From a virus (Duplodnaviria; Caudoviricetes), in the IMG/VR virus record IMGVR_UViG_3300033067_001294, positions 1 to 39,789 of that record: 39,789 bases of DNA; one strand, 5' to 3'. Under the pieces are notes generated by a model. It had not been told where the DNA came from. It did no database searches and saw only the letters and a program-made list of their open reading frames with translations. The position numbers and the translations under genes were made by a program. Of this stretch, positions 32,029 to 39,538 are shown piece by piece; the stretch's first letter is position 1; the number at the start of each line of letters is the position of its first letter.

Positions 32029-33396
32029 ATGGGAACCGTCGAAACATGGAAACCAAACCCCGGGCCACAAGAGCGAGTGTTGCGCCTGCGAGGGTTCTAT
32101 GAAATAGGATTCGGTGGTGCTCGAGGTGGAGGAAAGTCAGAGGCCGGCCTTGTTTGGATGGGTCCGATTCTGACGCCGAATCGTCACAAACGATTCAAGG
32201 GCTTGGTAATCCGCAAAAACGCGACAGACCTATCGGACTGGATTGATCGTGCTGCCGAGATGTGGGAACCATTCAACGTGAAGAAACGCGGCAACGCTCA
32301 ATCTCCAACGTTTCACTTCAAGGAGTTTGGCGGGAGGGTCAGAACCGGACACCTCAAGGACGAGAACGCTTTCACGAAATACCAGGGCCACGAATACCAC
32401 AAAGTTCTCATCGAAGAATTGACACAGATACCTTCTGCTGCTCACTACGAAAAACTCATATCGTGCTGCCGGTCTACCTGCACCGATCTTGAACCATCCG
32501 TTCTCAGCACATTCAACCCAGGAGGCATTGGTCACTCTTGGGTAAAGGAGCGGTTTGTTGACGCTGCCCCTCCAGGCACGGCGTTCTGTGATCCCGTATC
32601 GAAACGATTCCGAATCTTTATCCGGTCGCTTATCGATGACAACCCCGTTTTGCTGCGTGCCGACCCGGCGTATGCTGCGTTTCTGGACAGCCTACCTGAC
32701 GCCCTGCGGCGTGCCTGGCGATACGGTGACTGGGATTCCTTTGAAGGCCAATACTTCCCCGAGTTCAGGCGCGACACGCACGTATGCAGGCCGTTCGAGA
32801 TTCCAGCGCACTGGCCGAGATACCGCGCAATCGATTGGGGATACTACCCTGACCCGTGGGTGTGCCTGTGGTTCGCTGTGAACGAGGACGGTCACGAGTA
32901 TCTCTACCGCGAGGCTCACGGGTGGCGCATGACCCCGGAAGAAGTGGCGCATAGAATCCTGCATCTGAGCCGCAACGACGGAAGAAACTGGGGCCTGACG
33001 GTCGCCGACCCGTCGATGTGGGCGAAGAAAGACGGCGTGAGCAGCGCAGAGAAGATGATTCTTGCGGGCCTAGTAGTCGATCAGGCCGTGAACGATCGCA
33101 TCGAAGGGTGGATGAGGTGCCATGAATACCTGGGCGTGAATCCAAAGACTGGTCGGCCCTGGGTAATTTTCTTCGACACCTGCGTGCAGACGATCAAGGC
33201 CCTTCCGCTGATGGTTCACGACGAGGACATACCCGCCGACGCTGCCGACAATTCAGAGATAGACCACTGGCCCGACGCTTTCCGGTATCACTTCATGCGC
33301 CGACCCGCCAGAGCGACACCGCTGAAGCCCAAAGAGTCATGGAAGTCGGCGAACCTGTTCCAGCGGCTTGCCGATCTGCAACATGAGGGTGGTTGA
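32029..33396 (+). CDS. terL: Terminase large subunit
   Basis: KPNPGPQ, GGARGGGKS (Walker A), IEELTQ (Walker B), TFNPGG, AIDWG, DHWPDAFRY nuclease motifs. Confidence 0.95.
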   Translation: MGTVETWKPNPGPQERVLRLRGFYEIGFGGARGGGKSEAGLVWMGPILTPNRHKRFKGLVIRKNATDLSDWIDRAAEMWEPFNVKKRGNAQSPTFHFKEFGGRVRTGHLKDENAFTKYQGHEYHKVLIEELTQIPSAAHYEKLISCCRSTCTDLEPSVLSTFNPGGIGHSWVKERFVDAAPPGTAFCDPVSKRFRIFIRSLIDDNPVLLRADPAYAAFLDSLPDALRRAWRYGDWDSFEGQYFPEFRRDTHVCRPFEIPAHWPRYRAIDWGYYPDPWVCLWFAVNEDGHEYLYREAHGWRMTPEEVAHRILHLSRNDGRNWGLTVADPSMWAKKDGVSSAEKMILAGLVVDQAVNDRIEGWMRCHEYLGVNPKTGRPWVIFFDTCVQTIKALPLMVHDEDIPADAADNSEIDHWPDAFRYHFMRRPARATPLKPKESWKSANLFQRLADLQHEGG

Positions 33397-33869
33397 TGGC
33401 ACCGAAAAGCGCATACTCTGACCTGACGAAAGAACTGGCTGTTGTGCTCTTTCGCGAGACATCGAAGACAAGCGAGGAGATTGCGCGGCTTACCGGTGTG
33501 ACTCATTCGACGCTCAAGGGGTGGTTGCAGAAAGAACCGAAGCCGCCACACCGGGGCGGGCCTGGCACGAAACCAGGGAACTATCACGAGGCGAAGGATG
33601 TTCTGATTGCTGACCTCACGGCAGAGGTTGAGTTTCTACGCGCAAAGCTCGCTGCTATTGAAGCGGATCAGACGGACATAAACACGATGATTGCTGACCT
33701 CAAGGGTAAATTCCGAAACGCGATGCACTCTGCCCGCCTGGGCGAACTCGCTGCCGCTCTTCGAATCCTGCATGAGATACAAAAAGAAGAGGCCCCGTCA
33801 GGAGACGAGGCCCGGGTAGTCGAATATCACATTCCAGCCGGCGAGGAACGCCCGCCAGTGGCTCAGTGA
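33393..33869 (+). CDS. terS: Probable terminase small subunit (N-terminal HTH)
   Basis: SEEIARLTGVTHSTLKGW HTH, central helices, C-terminal beta strand RVVEYHIP; overlaps the terL stop. Confidence 0.6.
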   Translation: MMAPKSAYSDLTKELAVVLFRETSKTSEEIARLTGVTHSTLKGWLQKEPKPPHRGGPGTKPGNYHEAKDVLIADLTAEVEFLRAKLAAIEADQTDINTMIADLKGKFRNAMHSARLGELAAALRILHEIQKEEAPSGDEARVVEYHIPAGEERPPVAQ

Positions 33870-34090
33870 TCTCCTGATGCGACCTTGTTTGCGTAGGCCC
33901 TGAGTCTTTCAACCTCATCGAGAAGTCGCTTGTTTTCCTGCTTCAACTCCTCGTTCTCTTTTTTCAACGCCTCGCACCGATCGACAACGCCAACATTCAC
34001 TTCGCCATTGGCAGAGGCGTAAGTCAGGCCAGGAAGAAATTCCTTCTTGTTGCTTTTGTCCAAGCATCCCATGACGAATATCTTTTTCAT
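33863..34090 (-). CDS. Hypothetical protein with coiled-coil module
   Basis: ATGA overlap chain; start MKKIFV. Confidence 0.6.
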   Translation of the reverse strand: MKKIFVMGCLDKSNKKEFLPGLTYASANGEVNVGVVDRCEALKKENEELKQENKRLLDEVERLRAYANKVASGDH

Positions 34091-34371
34091 GGAATAGGCC
34101 CTATTGCATCGAGGCACTCATTCCAGCCGTCTACCCTGCCATAGCCGGCGTCATCACCATCGTCTACGGTGCACGGGTGCCGACGCTGAATGGTAGCAGC
34201 CTTGTTCGCGAAAGCCCTGAGCTTCGTAACTTCATCGAGAAGCAGTTTGTTTTCCTTCTTCAGTTCATCGTTCTCGGCGACAATCGCAAGCACGTCGTCA
34301 TGCTTCACATACTCGCCGTTCGGCTCTTCCTCTATCTCGGCCTCGAAACCCCATAACGAATATCGTTTCAT
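34087..34371 (-). CDS. Hypothetical protein (GEYVKHDD; GWNECLDAI, Eaa/Ead-like)
   Basis: Common phage early-gene motifs; ATGA overlaps. Confidence 0.65.
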   Translation of the reverse strand: MKRYSLWGFEAEIEEEPNGEYVKHDDVLAIVAENDELKKENKLLLDEVTKLRAFANKAATIQRRHPCTVDDGDDAGYGRVDGWNECLDAIGPIP

Positions 34372-34619
34372 GGTCGCACCTCTTCCAGAATCGGGATTCT
34401 ATTGTCGAATCCATCGAATTTTCCGCGCCACGCGAAGTATCTGAACGAATCGTCGATGTGATCTGGTTTGCTATCCCGATAGTCCAACACTGAAGCAACC
34501 CGAGACACAAGAGAGACACAGTATCGACGACCTTGTTGAATCTCTCGAGCCCGATGTGCGTTGAGCCACACCCGTTTGGTGCAGCCGCAAGCGGTTTGCA
34601 GTATCACCTGATGGTTCAT
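34368..34619 (-). CDS. Hypothetical protein
   Basis: ATGA overlaps on both sides. Confidence 0.55.
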   Translation of the reverse strand: MNHQVILQTACGCTKRVWLNAHRAREIQQGRRYCVSLVSRVASVLDYRDSKPDHIDDSFRYFAWRGKFDGFDNRIPILEEVRP

Positions 34620-34834
34620 CCTTTGATACCGTCCTTTCTGTTCTGATGCGGGTTTGCAGACGCGGGGACTCTTCCCTTTTGCAGCAAGTTTTGTTCCTTT
34701 CTAACACTCCTGACAAATTTTCCGCAATAGCATCGCCTTATCGGCGCAAGCCCGTGGACTTCGCAGTCGTCTGACGGCTCAAGAGCGAGCGTGCTGCACG
34801 TGCAGAACGATGCGCGTGGTTTGCATTTGTGCAT
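34616..34834 (-). CDS. Cys-rich hypothetical protein
   Basis: RBS; multiple Cys pairs. Confidence 0.55.
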   Translation of the reverse strand: MHKCKPRASFCTCSTLALEPSDDCEVHGLAPIRRCYCGKFVRSVRKEQNLLQKGRVPASANPHQNRKDGIKG

Positions 34835-34840
34835 CTGGGT

Positions 34841-34996
34841 TCACCTTCCTTTCTTTCGCTCCATCTCTTTGTCGGTCGCCATGAAGGCGCAGGTATCGCA
34901 GCACCAGTAAGATCCCTGCAATGTCACGCTGCCGTGACAGTTCGGGCAGGGGTATGAAAGCTCATCATCTTCGGGAATGTCTTCGGGTCTGCTCAT
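34841..34996 (-). CDS. Small Zn-ribbon protein (51 aa, CPNC...CDTC)
   Basis: MSRPEDIPEDDELSYPCPNCHGSVTLQGSYWCCDTC...; fills the gap after rusA. Confidence 0.6.
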   Translation of the reverse strand: MSRPEDIPEDDELSYPCPNCHGSVTLQGSYWCCDTCAFMATDKEMERKKGR

Positions 34997-35000
34997 GGTT

Positions 35001-35453
35001 CTACTCGCTCACAATAGGCGTGATAACGCATGTGAGGCCGGGTGACTGGCTGTATACCTTGCGCGCTTCGACGCTCACGGCTTTCTTGTCGTCACCCCAC
35101 ACCGCTGCGTATGTGAGGCTGTCGAACACGGCCCGTTGCAGCTTGTCGATGTCCGGGGTGTTGTCGTAAAACAGCGGGGCGTCGTCTCGCAGAACCGGCT
35201 GCTTGTTCACGCTGCGGAAGTGGCTTTGCGGGCGAGGAAACGCGAACGTGAGAGCGACCAGAAACTTGCGCGTGCCGGGCTTCCAGTTCGCTGCGCCTGC
35301 TGCCTGTCGCGCGAAGAGAATGACGGCTTGCCGCCAGGAGTCCAGATGCGCCGAGGCTTCTTTCATGCCTCCGTTTCGGAAAGAAACCTTCGAGCCCTGG
35401 GGCCTGGGGATACCTGGGACGGAAAAGGCGAGCGGTTTGTTTGTTGCGTTCAT
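35001..35453 (-). CDS. rusA: RusA-family Holliday junction resolvase
   Basis: VPGIPRPQGS, FPRPQSH, PDIDKLQRAVFDSLT..VWGDD. Confidence 0.9.
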   Translation of the reverse strand: MNATNKPLAFSVPGIPRPQGSKVSFRNGGMKEASAHLDSWRQAVILFARQAAGAANWKPGTRKFLVALTFAFPRPQSHFRSVNKQPVLRDDAPLFYDNTPDIDKLQRAVFDSLTYAAVWGDDKKAVSVEARKVYSQSPGLTCVITPIVSE

Positions 35454-35458
35454 GGTTT

Positions 35459-35686
35459 TCAGTGTCCTTTCTTGGCTGGGTCACATTCGGGGCAGGTCAC
35501 GCCAGGGGCATGAACCTTGATTGAGTGCTCGACAACGATTTCGGTGTGATCGATAACGCAACCGCATTTGTTGCACGTCAGGTCTACGTGACCACCGCAC
35601 CAGGCGATGATCCTGAAAAGGCCGCTTCCGCATTTGCACCCTATTGCTGCTCCCTTTGCCCCGTTCTCTGGCTTGGTCTTGCTCAT
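35459..35686 (-). CDS. Small Cys-rich Zn-binding protein
   Basis: CKCG, CNKCG, CPEC; ATGA overlap. Confidence 0.6.
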   Translation of the reverse strand: MSKTKPENGAKGAAIGCKCGSGLFRIIAWCGGHVDLTCNKCGCVIDHTEIVVEHSIKVHAPGVTCPECDPAKKGH

Positions 35687-36087
35687 GGCTTCACCTCGGG
35701 AACGTCGGCCAGGCGGAACACGATGCCGTTGCCGTAGACTTCGCCGTCTTCGAGGATATGAAAACACTCGTGCGGGATGCTCGTTGCGAACACCCACGGA
35801 GGGCCATCAACAGCGACCTTTGCCGCAGTTTTCTTCTCTTCCTCGTGATATGGACATCGTTCGTTGTTGCACCGGCTTTCTACCAAGCCGTTTTTCGTGA
35901 AGAACACCGTTGTTCCGTTCCATGCTCCAACCTCATCATCAACGGCCCCGCGCATCTCAAGCAGATCGTCAGAGGATCCGAACAGAATCACCACTCCGTC
36001 ACGTTTCGCTTGTTCGGCCTCTTCGTCCGTGATTTCAGAGAGGTATTCCCTTTTGTGTAACAGTTCAGCCCATTCTTTCGGTGTCAT
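35683..36087 (-). CDS. Conserved phage hypothetical protein (FGSSDDLLEMRGA)
   Basis: Recognisable phage early-protein motif; ATGA overlaps. Confidence 0.75.
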   Translation of the reverse strand: MTPKEWAELLHKREYLSEITDEEAEQAKRDGVVILFGSSDDLLEMRGAVDDEVGAWNGTTVFFTKNGLVESRCNNERCPYHEEEKKTAAKVAVDGPPWVFATSIPHECFHILEDGEVYGNGIVFRLADVPEVKP

Positions 36088-36296
36088 GCTGCCTTGCTCT
36101 CCTTTTTGGCCTCTTCGGCCAGGTAATGTTGGTTCGGGCCACAGTGCCCGCAGTTTGTGCAGACCTGAATGATGGTCGTCAGGCCGGGTGTCGTAAAAGC
36201 GTGTCCGGGGTCGCCGCAGGACGGGCAGAGCGACCAGAACGTGTTGTCTTCGTCGCGGTCGGGCGGGCCGGCTTGGGCGTCAGGGATGGGGGTCAT
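36084..36296 (-). CDS. Small Zn-ribbon protein
   Basis: CPSCG...CTNCG. Confidence 0.55.
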   Translation of the reverse strand: MTPIPDAQAGPPDRDEDNTFWSLCPSCGDPGHAFTTPGLTTIIQVCTNCGHCGPNQHYLAEEAKKESKAA

Positions 36297-36297
36297 A

Positions 36298-36699
36298 TCA
36301 GAGTCCCGCCTGGTGGTCGGCGTGATCGTTGTTGTGTTTTTGCCAGAACTCGGCGCACTCTTTTTTGAACTCCCATCCGCAAGTGTCGTCATTTGAAAAG
36401 TCAGGGAAATCATCTCCCGCTGACATGGAAATAATCTGCCAAGCCCTGAGCTGCTTGATTCCGGCCAACATGCAGGCCGGGCACCCTTCGGCCAGCTCGC
36501 GGAGCGCCGCCGTTCCCTTCTTTGCTGCCTCAAAAAGCTCGGCTCCGCTTTTTTGCGCAAATCCAGCAATCCCACACATGCGGCAGACTCGAACAGGGTT
36601 GCTTGTGCATCCGGTCTCGTGCTTCACCATCACATCTTTTCTTCCTGATGCTTTTTTGCAAAAGTCGCAGTAGTAGCGCCATTTCAGCCTTGATCTCAT
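36298..36699 (-). CDS. Cys-rich hypothetical protein
   Basis: YYCDFCKK...HE..C..NP...CRMC...CPAC. Confidence 0.7.
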   Translation of the reverse strand: MRSRLKWRYYCDFCKKASGRKDVMVKHETGCTSNPVRVCRMCGIAGFAQKSGAELFEAAKKGTAALRELAEGCPACMLAGIKQLRAWQIISMSAGDDFPDFSNDDTCGWEFKKECAEFWQKHNNDHADHQAGL

Positions 36700-36926
36700 G
36701 GCACCACCGCCCGTTTCAGATGCTTTTTGCACCGACAACCATCGTCGTAATATGGGTAAAAGTGGTCTATTGCCACGACGGTCCGATTGCAGCCAGGGAA
36801 GGAACAACGAATAGCCCGAGATACGTTGAATTTCTTTCGATGGACCAGGATCCGATCACAATCAGGATGATCTTCCCAACGGAATTTTCTATCGTGACGG
36901 ATTTGCGAATAGCAGGCGTGTATCAT
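36696..36926 (-). CDS. Hypothetical protein
   Basis: ATGA overlaps on both sides. Confidence 0.5.
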   Translation of the reverse strand: MIHACYSQIRHDRKFRWEDHPDCDRILVHRKKFNVSRAIRCSFPGCNRTVVAIDHFYPYYDDGCRCKKHLKRAVVP

Positions 36927-37516
36927 GCTGCCACCTTCCCCGGCAGGGCCTTTCGGTCGCCCAGTCCCGTCACCATCTCCTCAAACTTCTGAGGCCCGGT
37001 GAGCAGTTTGCCAGCGTCGATCTGTTGAGCAGACTCAATCACTTCGCCGACAGTCGCCGCGCGTGCCTTCTCTTCGGCGAACATGCCTTTCATCTGGCCG
37101 CGTGCCACTTCGAGGTTTTCACAATCGCAGAGGTTCACGAACCCGAACCGGCGCACGGTGGCAGCAACGAGCGGGCTTTTTTCCTTGAGCCACGCCATAG
37201 CCTTGTCTTCGTGATACCGACCGAACTTGCCGATTGCTTCGAGAGCAAGCTCCATGCAGTCGCCAGAGGTTTCTGGCAACGTCGGTTGAGCCATCTGAAG
37301 GATCTGCGCAAACGGGTCGTCATCCGGGTAGAGTTTGATCGTCCTGGCAACCCACCGCGCAGCAGCAGACGAGAGAACCGCGTCGGGGATGGGTGCGTAA
37401 AGTGATTCCCAGATCGCTAGGCCGGTCGCCAGAACCTTACGGTCGGTCGGCTTTCGGTTGGGGAACTTGAAATAGACAAGGGCAAAAACATCTTCAACCG
37501 TTTTTTGTGTCGCCAC
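36923..37516 (-). CDS. Putative helicase loader/inhibitor (G39P / P-like)
   Basis: Directly after the initiator; W..L...IPD..L..A..RW; TVRRFGFVNLC..EN..VARGQ; GTG start after AAGGAG. Confidence 0.6.
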   Translation of the reverse strand: MATQKTVEDVFALVYFKFPNRKPTDRKVLATGLAIWESLYAPIPDAVLSSAAARWVARTIKLYPDDDPFAQILQMAQPTLPETSGDCMELALEAIGKFGRYHEDKAMAWLKEKSPLVAATVRRFGFVNLCDCENLEVARGQMKGMFAEEKARAATVGEVIESAQQIDAGKLLTGPQKFEEMVTGLGDRKALPGKVAA

Positions 37517-38282
37517 GGTCTTCTCTCCTTTTGCGCAAGTATTCGAACGCATCGAAATCTCCATCCGGGGGCTTTCCGGTCATCTTCTCGGGGAAAAGCC
37601 CTGTCCAGCCGGAACGGATAGACAGCCTGATGCAGTCTGTCGCGGCGACCGGGCCAATCTTCGCGAGGTCTTTCAGTTGAGCCTTTGCACACGAAGGGGT
37701 AAGTTTCTGCCGCTTTTCCTTCCGGTGCTTCTCCCAGTCTGACCATGCGTTGAGGAAGTCGGTGGTGCGAAGCTCCTCTGGTATCTCAAAGGGTGCGGGT
37801 GCGGGTGCGGGTGCGGGTGCGGGTGCGGGTGCGGGTGCGGGTGCGGGTGCGGGAGTATCGGACTTTTCCGGACTTTCTCGGACTATTTCGGACTTTTCCG
37901 GACTATTCCCGACATCGCCGGACTTTTCCGGATTTTCTCGGACTATTTCGGACTTTTTCGGACTTTTCCGACGCATCTCTGCCCGAAGACGATCCCGAAC
38001 ATACTCGGGGGCATGGTCGAAATAATCGTGAATCTCCCATGTGCCGGCTGGCGTCTGGTCGATCCACCTGCCGATCTTCAGAGCCTCGAAAAAAGCTCCA
38101 GGCTCACCGGGCCATTCTGCTGACGCTTCAATCTCTTCCTGGTCGGCGAAGAACGGACAACCGTTTGCGTGTGCGACCTCCCACCAGGTATCGAGCAGTC
38201 CGCGGACGTAGGGCTTTGGTATGCCGAGACGACGGACGAGTAGTTTGAACTTTGCGTTATTCTCCAGGTTCGGTCTTGCCAT
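37494..38282 (-). CDS. Replication initiator (lambda O-like architecture)
   Basis: N-terminal wHTH (WEIHDYFDH), iteron-coded linker, C-terminal AWSDWEKHRKEKR...SIRSGWTGLF domain. Confidence 0.8.
   Translation of the reverse strand: MARPNLENNAKFKLLVRRLGIPKPYVRGLLDTWWEVAHANGCPFFADQEEIEASAEWPGEPGAFFEALKIGRWIDQTPAGTWEIHDYFDHAPEYVRDRLRAEMRRKSPKKSEIVRENPEKSGDVGNSPEKSEIVRESPEKSDTPAPAPAPAPAPAPAPAPAPAPFEIPEELRTTDFLNAWSDWEKHRKEKRQKLTPSCAKAQLKDLAKIGPVAATDCIRLSIRSGWTGLFPEKMTGKPPDGDFDAFEYLRKRREDRGDTKNG
37791..37853. repeat. (GGGTGC)10 perfect hexamer repeat encoding a (PA)n linker
   Basis: Directly visible. Confidence 0.95.
37858..37972. repeat. 10-bp periodic iterons (ycggactwtt), putative replication origin
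   Basis: ~11 imperfect copies within the initiator gene. Confidence 0.75.
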
Positions 38283-38283
38283 G

Positions 38284-38463
38284 TCATTCTGGCCGATAAA
38301 GCTGGCCGCTTGCCTCCTTTCTCTGCTGTTTTCTGTCGATCTTGAACAGGCAAGCCTGGCTGAACGGGTTTTTTTTGTCTCCGTTCCTACCGCATCTCCA
38401 CTCTCCCGACCGGCCTACCGCAACCGGGCCGAGTCGCTGACAACCTACGCATCTTCCCTCCAT
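38284..38463 (-). CDS. Small Cys-rich protein
   Basis: AGGAGG RBS; CVGC...C...C. Confidence 0.55.
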   Translation of the reverse strand: MEGRCVGCQRLGPVAVGRSGEWRCGRNGDKKNPFSQACLFKIDRKQQRKEASGQLYRPE

Positions 38464-38483
38464 GTTTGCCTGCCTCCTGTCTG

Positions 38484-38507
38484 AAAAGGGCCGGGGTTTC
38501 CCCCGGC
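38484..38507 (-). terminator. GCCGGGG-GAAA-CCCCGGC + CCTTTT terminator-like hairpin
   Basis: Perfect 7-bp GC stem, GNRA loop, short U tract. Confidence 0.6.
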
Positions 38508-38563
38508 AAGACTCCAATCCACGCCACACACCGAGTATCAAGATTCGGTAGCTCGTGAATCAT

Positions 38564-38635
38564 CGGGGGATCCGGGACTCGAACCCGGACTGCGAGTTTT
38601 GGAGACTCGCCGGCCACCAGTAACCTTTCTCCCCC
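38564..38635 (-). tRNA. tRNA-Trp(CCA)-like, degenerate (no encoded CCA end)
   Basis: GCGAGT-CTCCAAA-ACTCGC anticodon arm; CCGGG-TTCGAGT-CCCGG T arm; GGGGGA/TCCCCC acceptor; G discriminator; atypical D arm and position 8. Confidence 0.65.
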
Positions 38636-38641
38636 TGGCCC

Positions 38642-38974
38642 CTATTCCGGTAGATTCGGTGTCGGGTCGGTCGCGGCTTTCAACTGGCCCTCGTCGCCGC
38701 AGAATTGCCAAGTCGCGCAATCGTTGTGCGGGTTGTCCAGGACACCGAAAGAGCGTTTCTGCTTCATGCAAAAGAACCGCTCATGTTCTTTCAGAAACTC
38801 GTCGTCGGTGTTCTGAGCTTTGCAGGCCCGACAACCGAACATCTTGAACAGGCGAACCGTAACGGCGTCTTGCTGCTTCATCTTTCCCCTGAGAGCTTGG
38901 TCGAACTGCTCGCCGGTCACGGTCACGGGATCATGTCCCTGAACCTGCATCGTTACCTTTCTGATTCCGTTCAT
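38642..38974 (-). CDS. Hypothetical protein with Cys motifs
   Basis: AGGAGG RBS; start MNGIRKV. Confidence 0.65.
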   Translation of the reverse strand: MNGIRKVTMQVQGHDPVTVTGEQFDQALRGKMKQQDAVTVRLFKMFGCRACKAQNTDDEFLKEHERFFCMKQKRSFGVLDNPHNDCATWQFCGDEGQLKAATDPTPNLPE

Positions 38975-39000
38975 GCTGCCTCCTGTGTTGATTTGTTCAG

Positions 39001-39060
39001 ACGGGGCGGCGGGAATCGAACCCGCGCCTAAAAATCTCCCTACCACTGGGCGACACCCCG
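39001..39060 (-). ncRNA. 60-nt tRNA-like element lacking an anticodon arm
   Basis: CGGGGTG/CGCCCCG acceptor, GCCC-AGTGGTA-GGG D arm, 12-nt linker, GCGGG-TTCGATT-CCCGC T arm. Confidence 0.7.
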
Positions 39061-39086
39061 AAAAAGGCCGGGGGATTTCTCCCCCG
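39061..39086 (-). terminator. CGGGGGA-GAAA-TCCCCCG + GCCTTTTT terminator-like hairpin
   Basis: Perfect 7-bp stem, GNRA loop, U5 tract downstream of ssb. Confidence 0.6.
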
Positions 39087-39126
39087 ACAAGTGAGAGGAT
39101 TCATGCCATAAGCATGTGAGAGGCCG

Positions 39127-39537
39127 TTAGAAAGGAATCGAATCGTTCGGCCCGTATGCGGGCTCGTTAGGATCAGGCTCGGGAGCGTCTGGTTCATTCT
39201 GCTGTCGGCGTTCCTGCTGCTGGCCTGAGCCGAGGAACTGAACATTGTCGGCGATAATCTCCAGGGACGTGCGTTTCTGCCCGTCGTGCGTTTCGTAACT
39301 GTTGTTGTGCAGATGGCCCTCGACCAGCACGGGCCGACCTTTGGCGAGGAACTTCTGACACACTTCACCGGTCTTGCCGAACGCGACGATGTTAAAGAAC
39401 TCCGTCACCTTCTTGTCTTTGAGGGTCTGGTTCACGGCCAGTCCGAACCGGCATATTGCCGTGCCACTGGCTGAGTATTTCATCTCGGGGTCGCGGGTGA
39501 GATTGCCGACGAGGAAGCATTTGTTGAGGGTGCTCAT
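39127..39537 (-). CDS. ssb: Single-stranded DNA-binding protein
   Basis: LNKCFLVGNLTRDPE, FGLAVN, TEFFNIVAFGK, KGRPVLVEG, acidic tail ending DSIPF. Confidence 0.96.
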   Translation of the reverse strand: MSTLNKCFLVGNLTRDPEMKYSASGTAICRFGLAVNQTLKDKKVTEFFNIVAFGKTGEVCQKFLAKGRPVLVEGHLHNNSYETHDGQKRTSLEIIADNVQFLGSGQQQERRQQNEPDAPEPDPNEPAYGPNDSIPF

Positions 39538-39538
39538 G

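Noticed and set aside
37793-38248. Plus-strand ORF beginning MRVRVRVRV
   Set aside because: Artefact of the hexamer repeat read antisense to the initiator gene.
38564-38635. Suppressor tRNA or alternative genetic code
   Set aside because: Anticodon is standard CCA, and genes read normally with TGA, TAG and TAA all used as stops.
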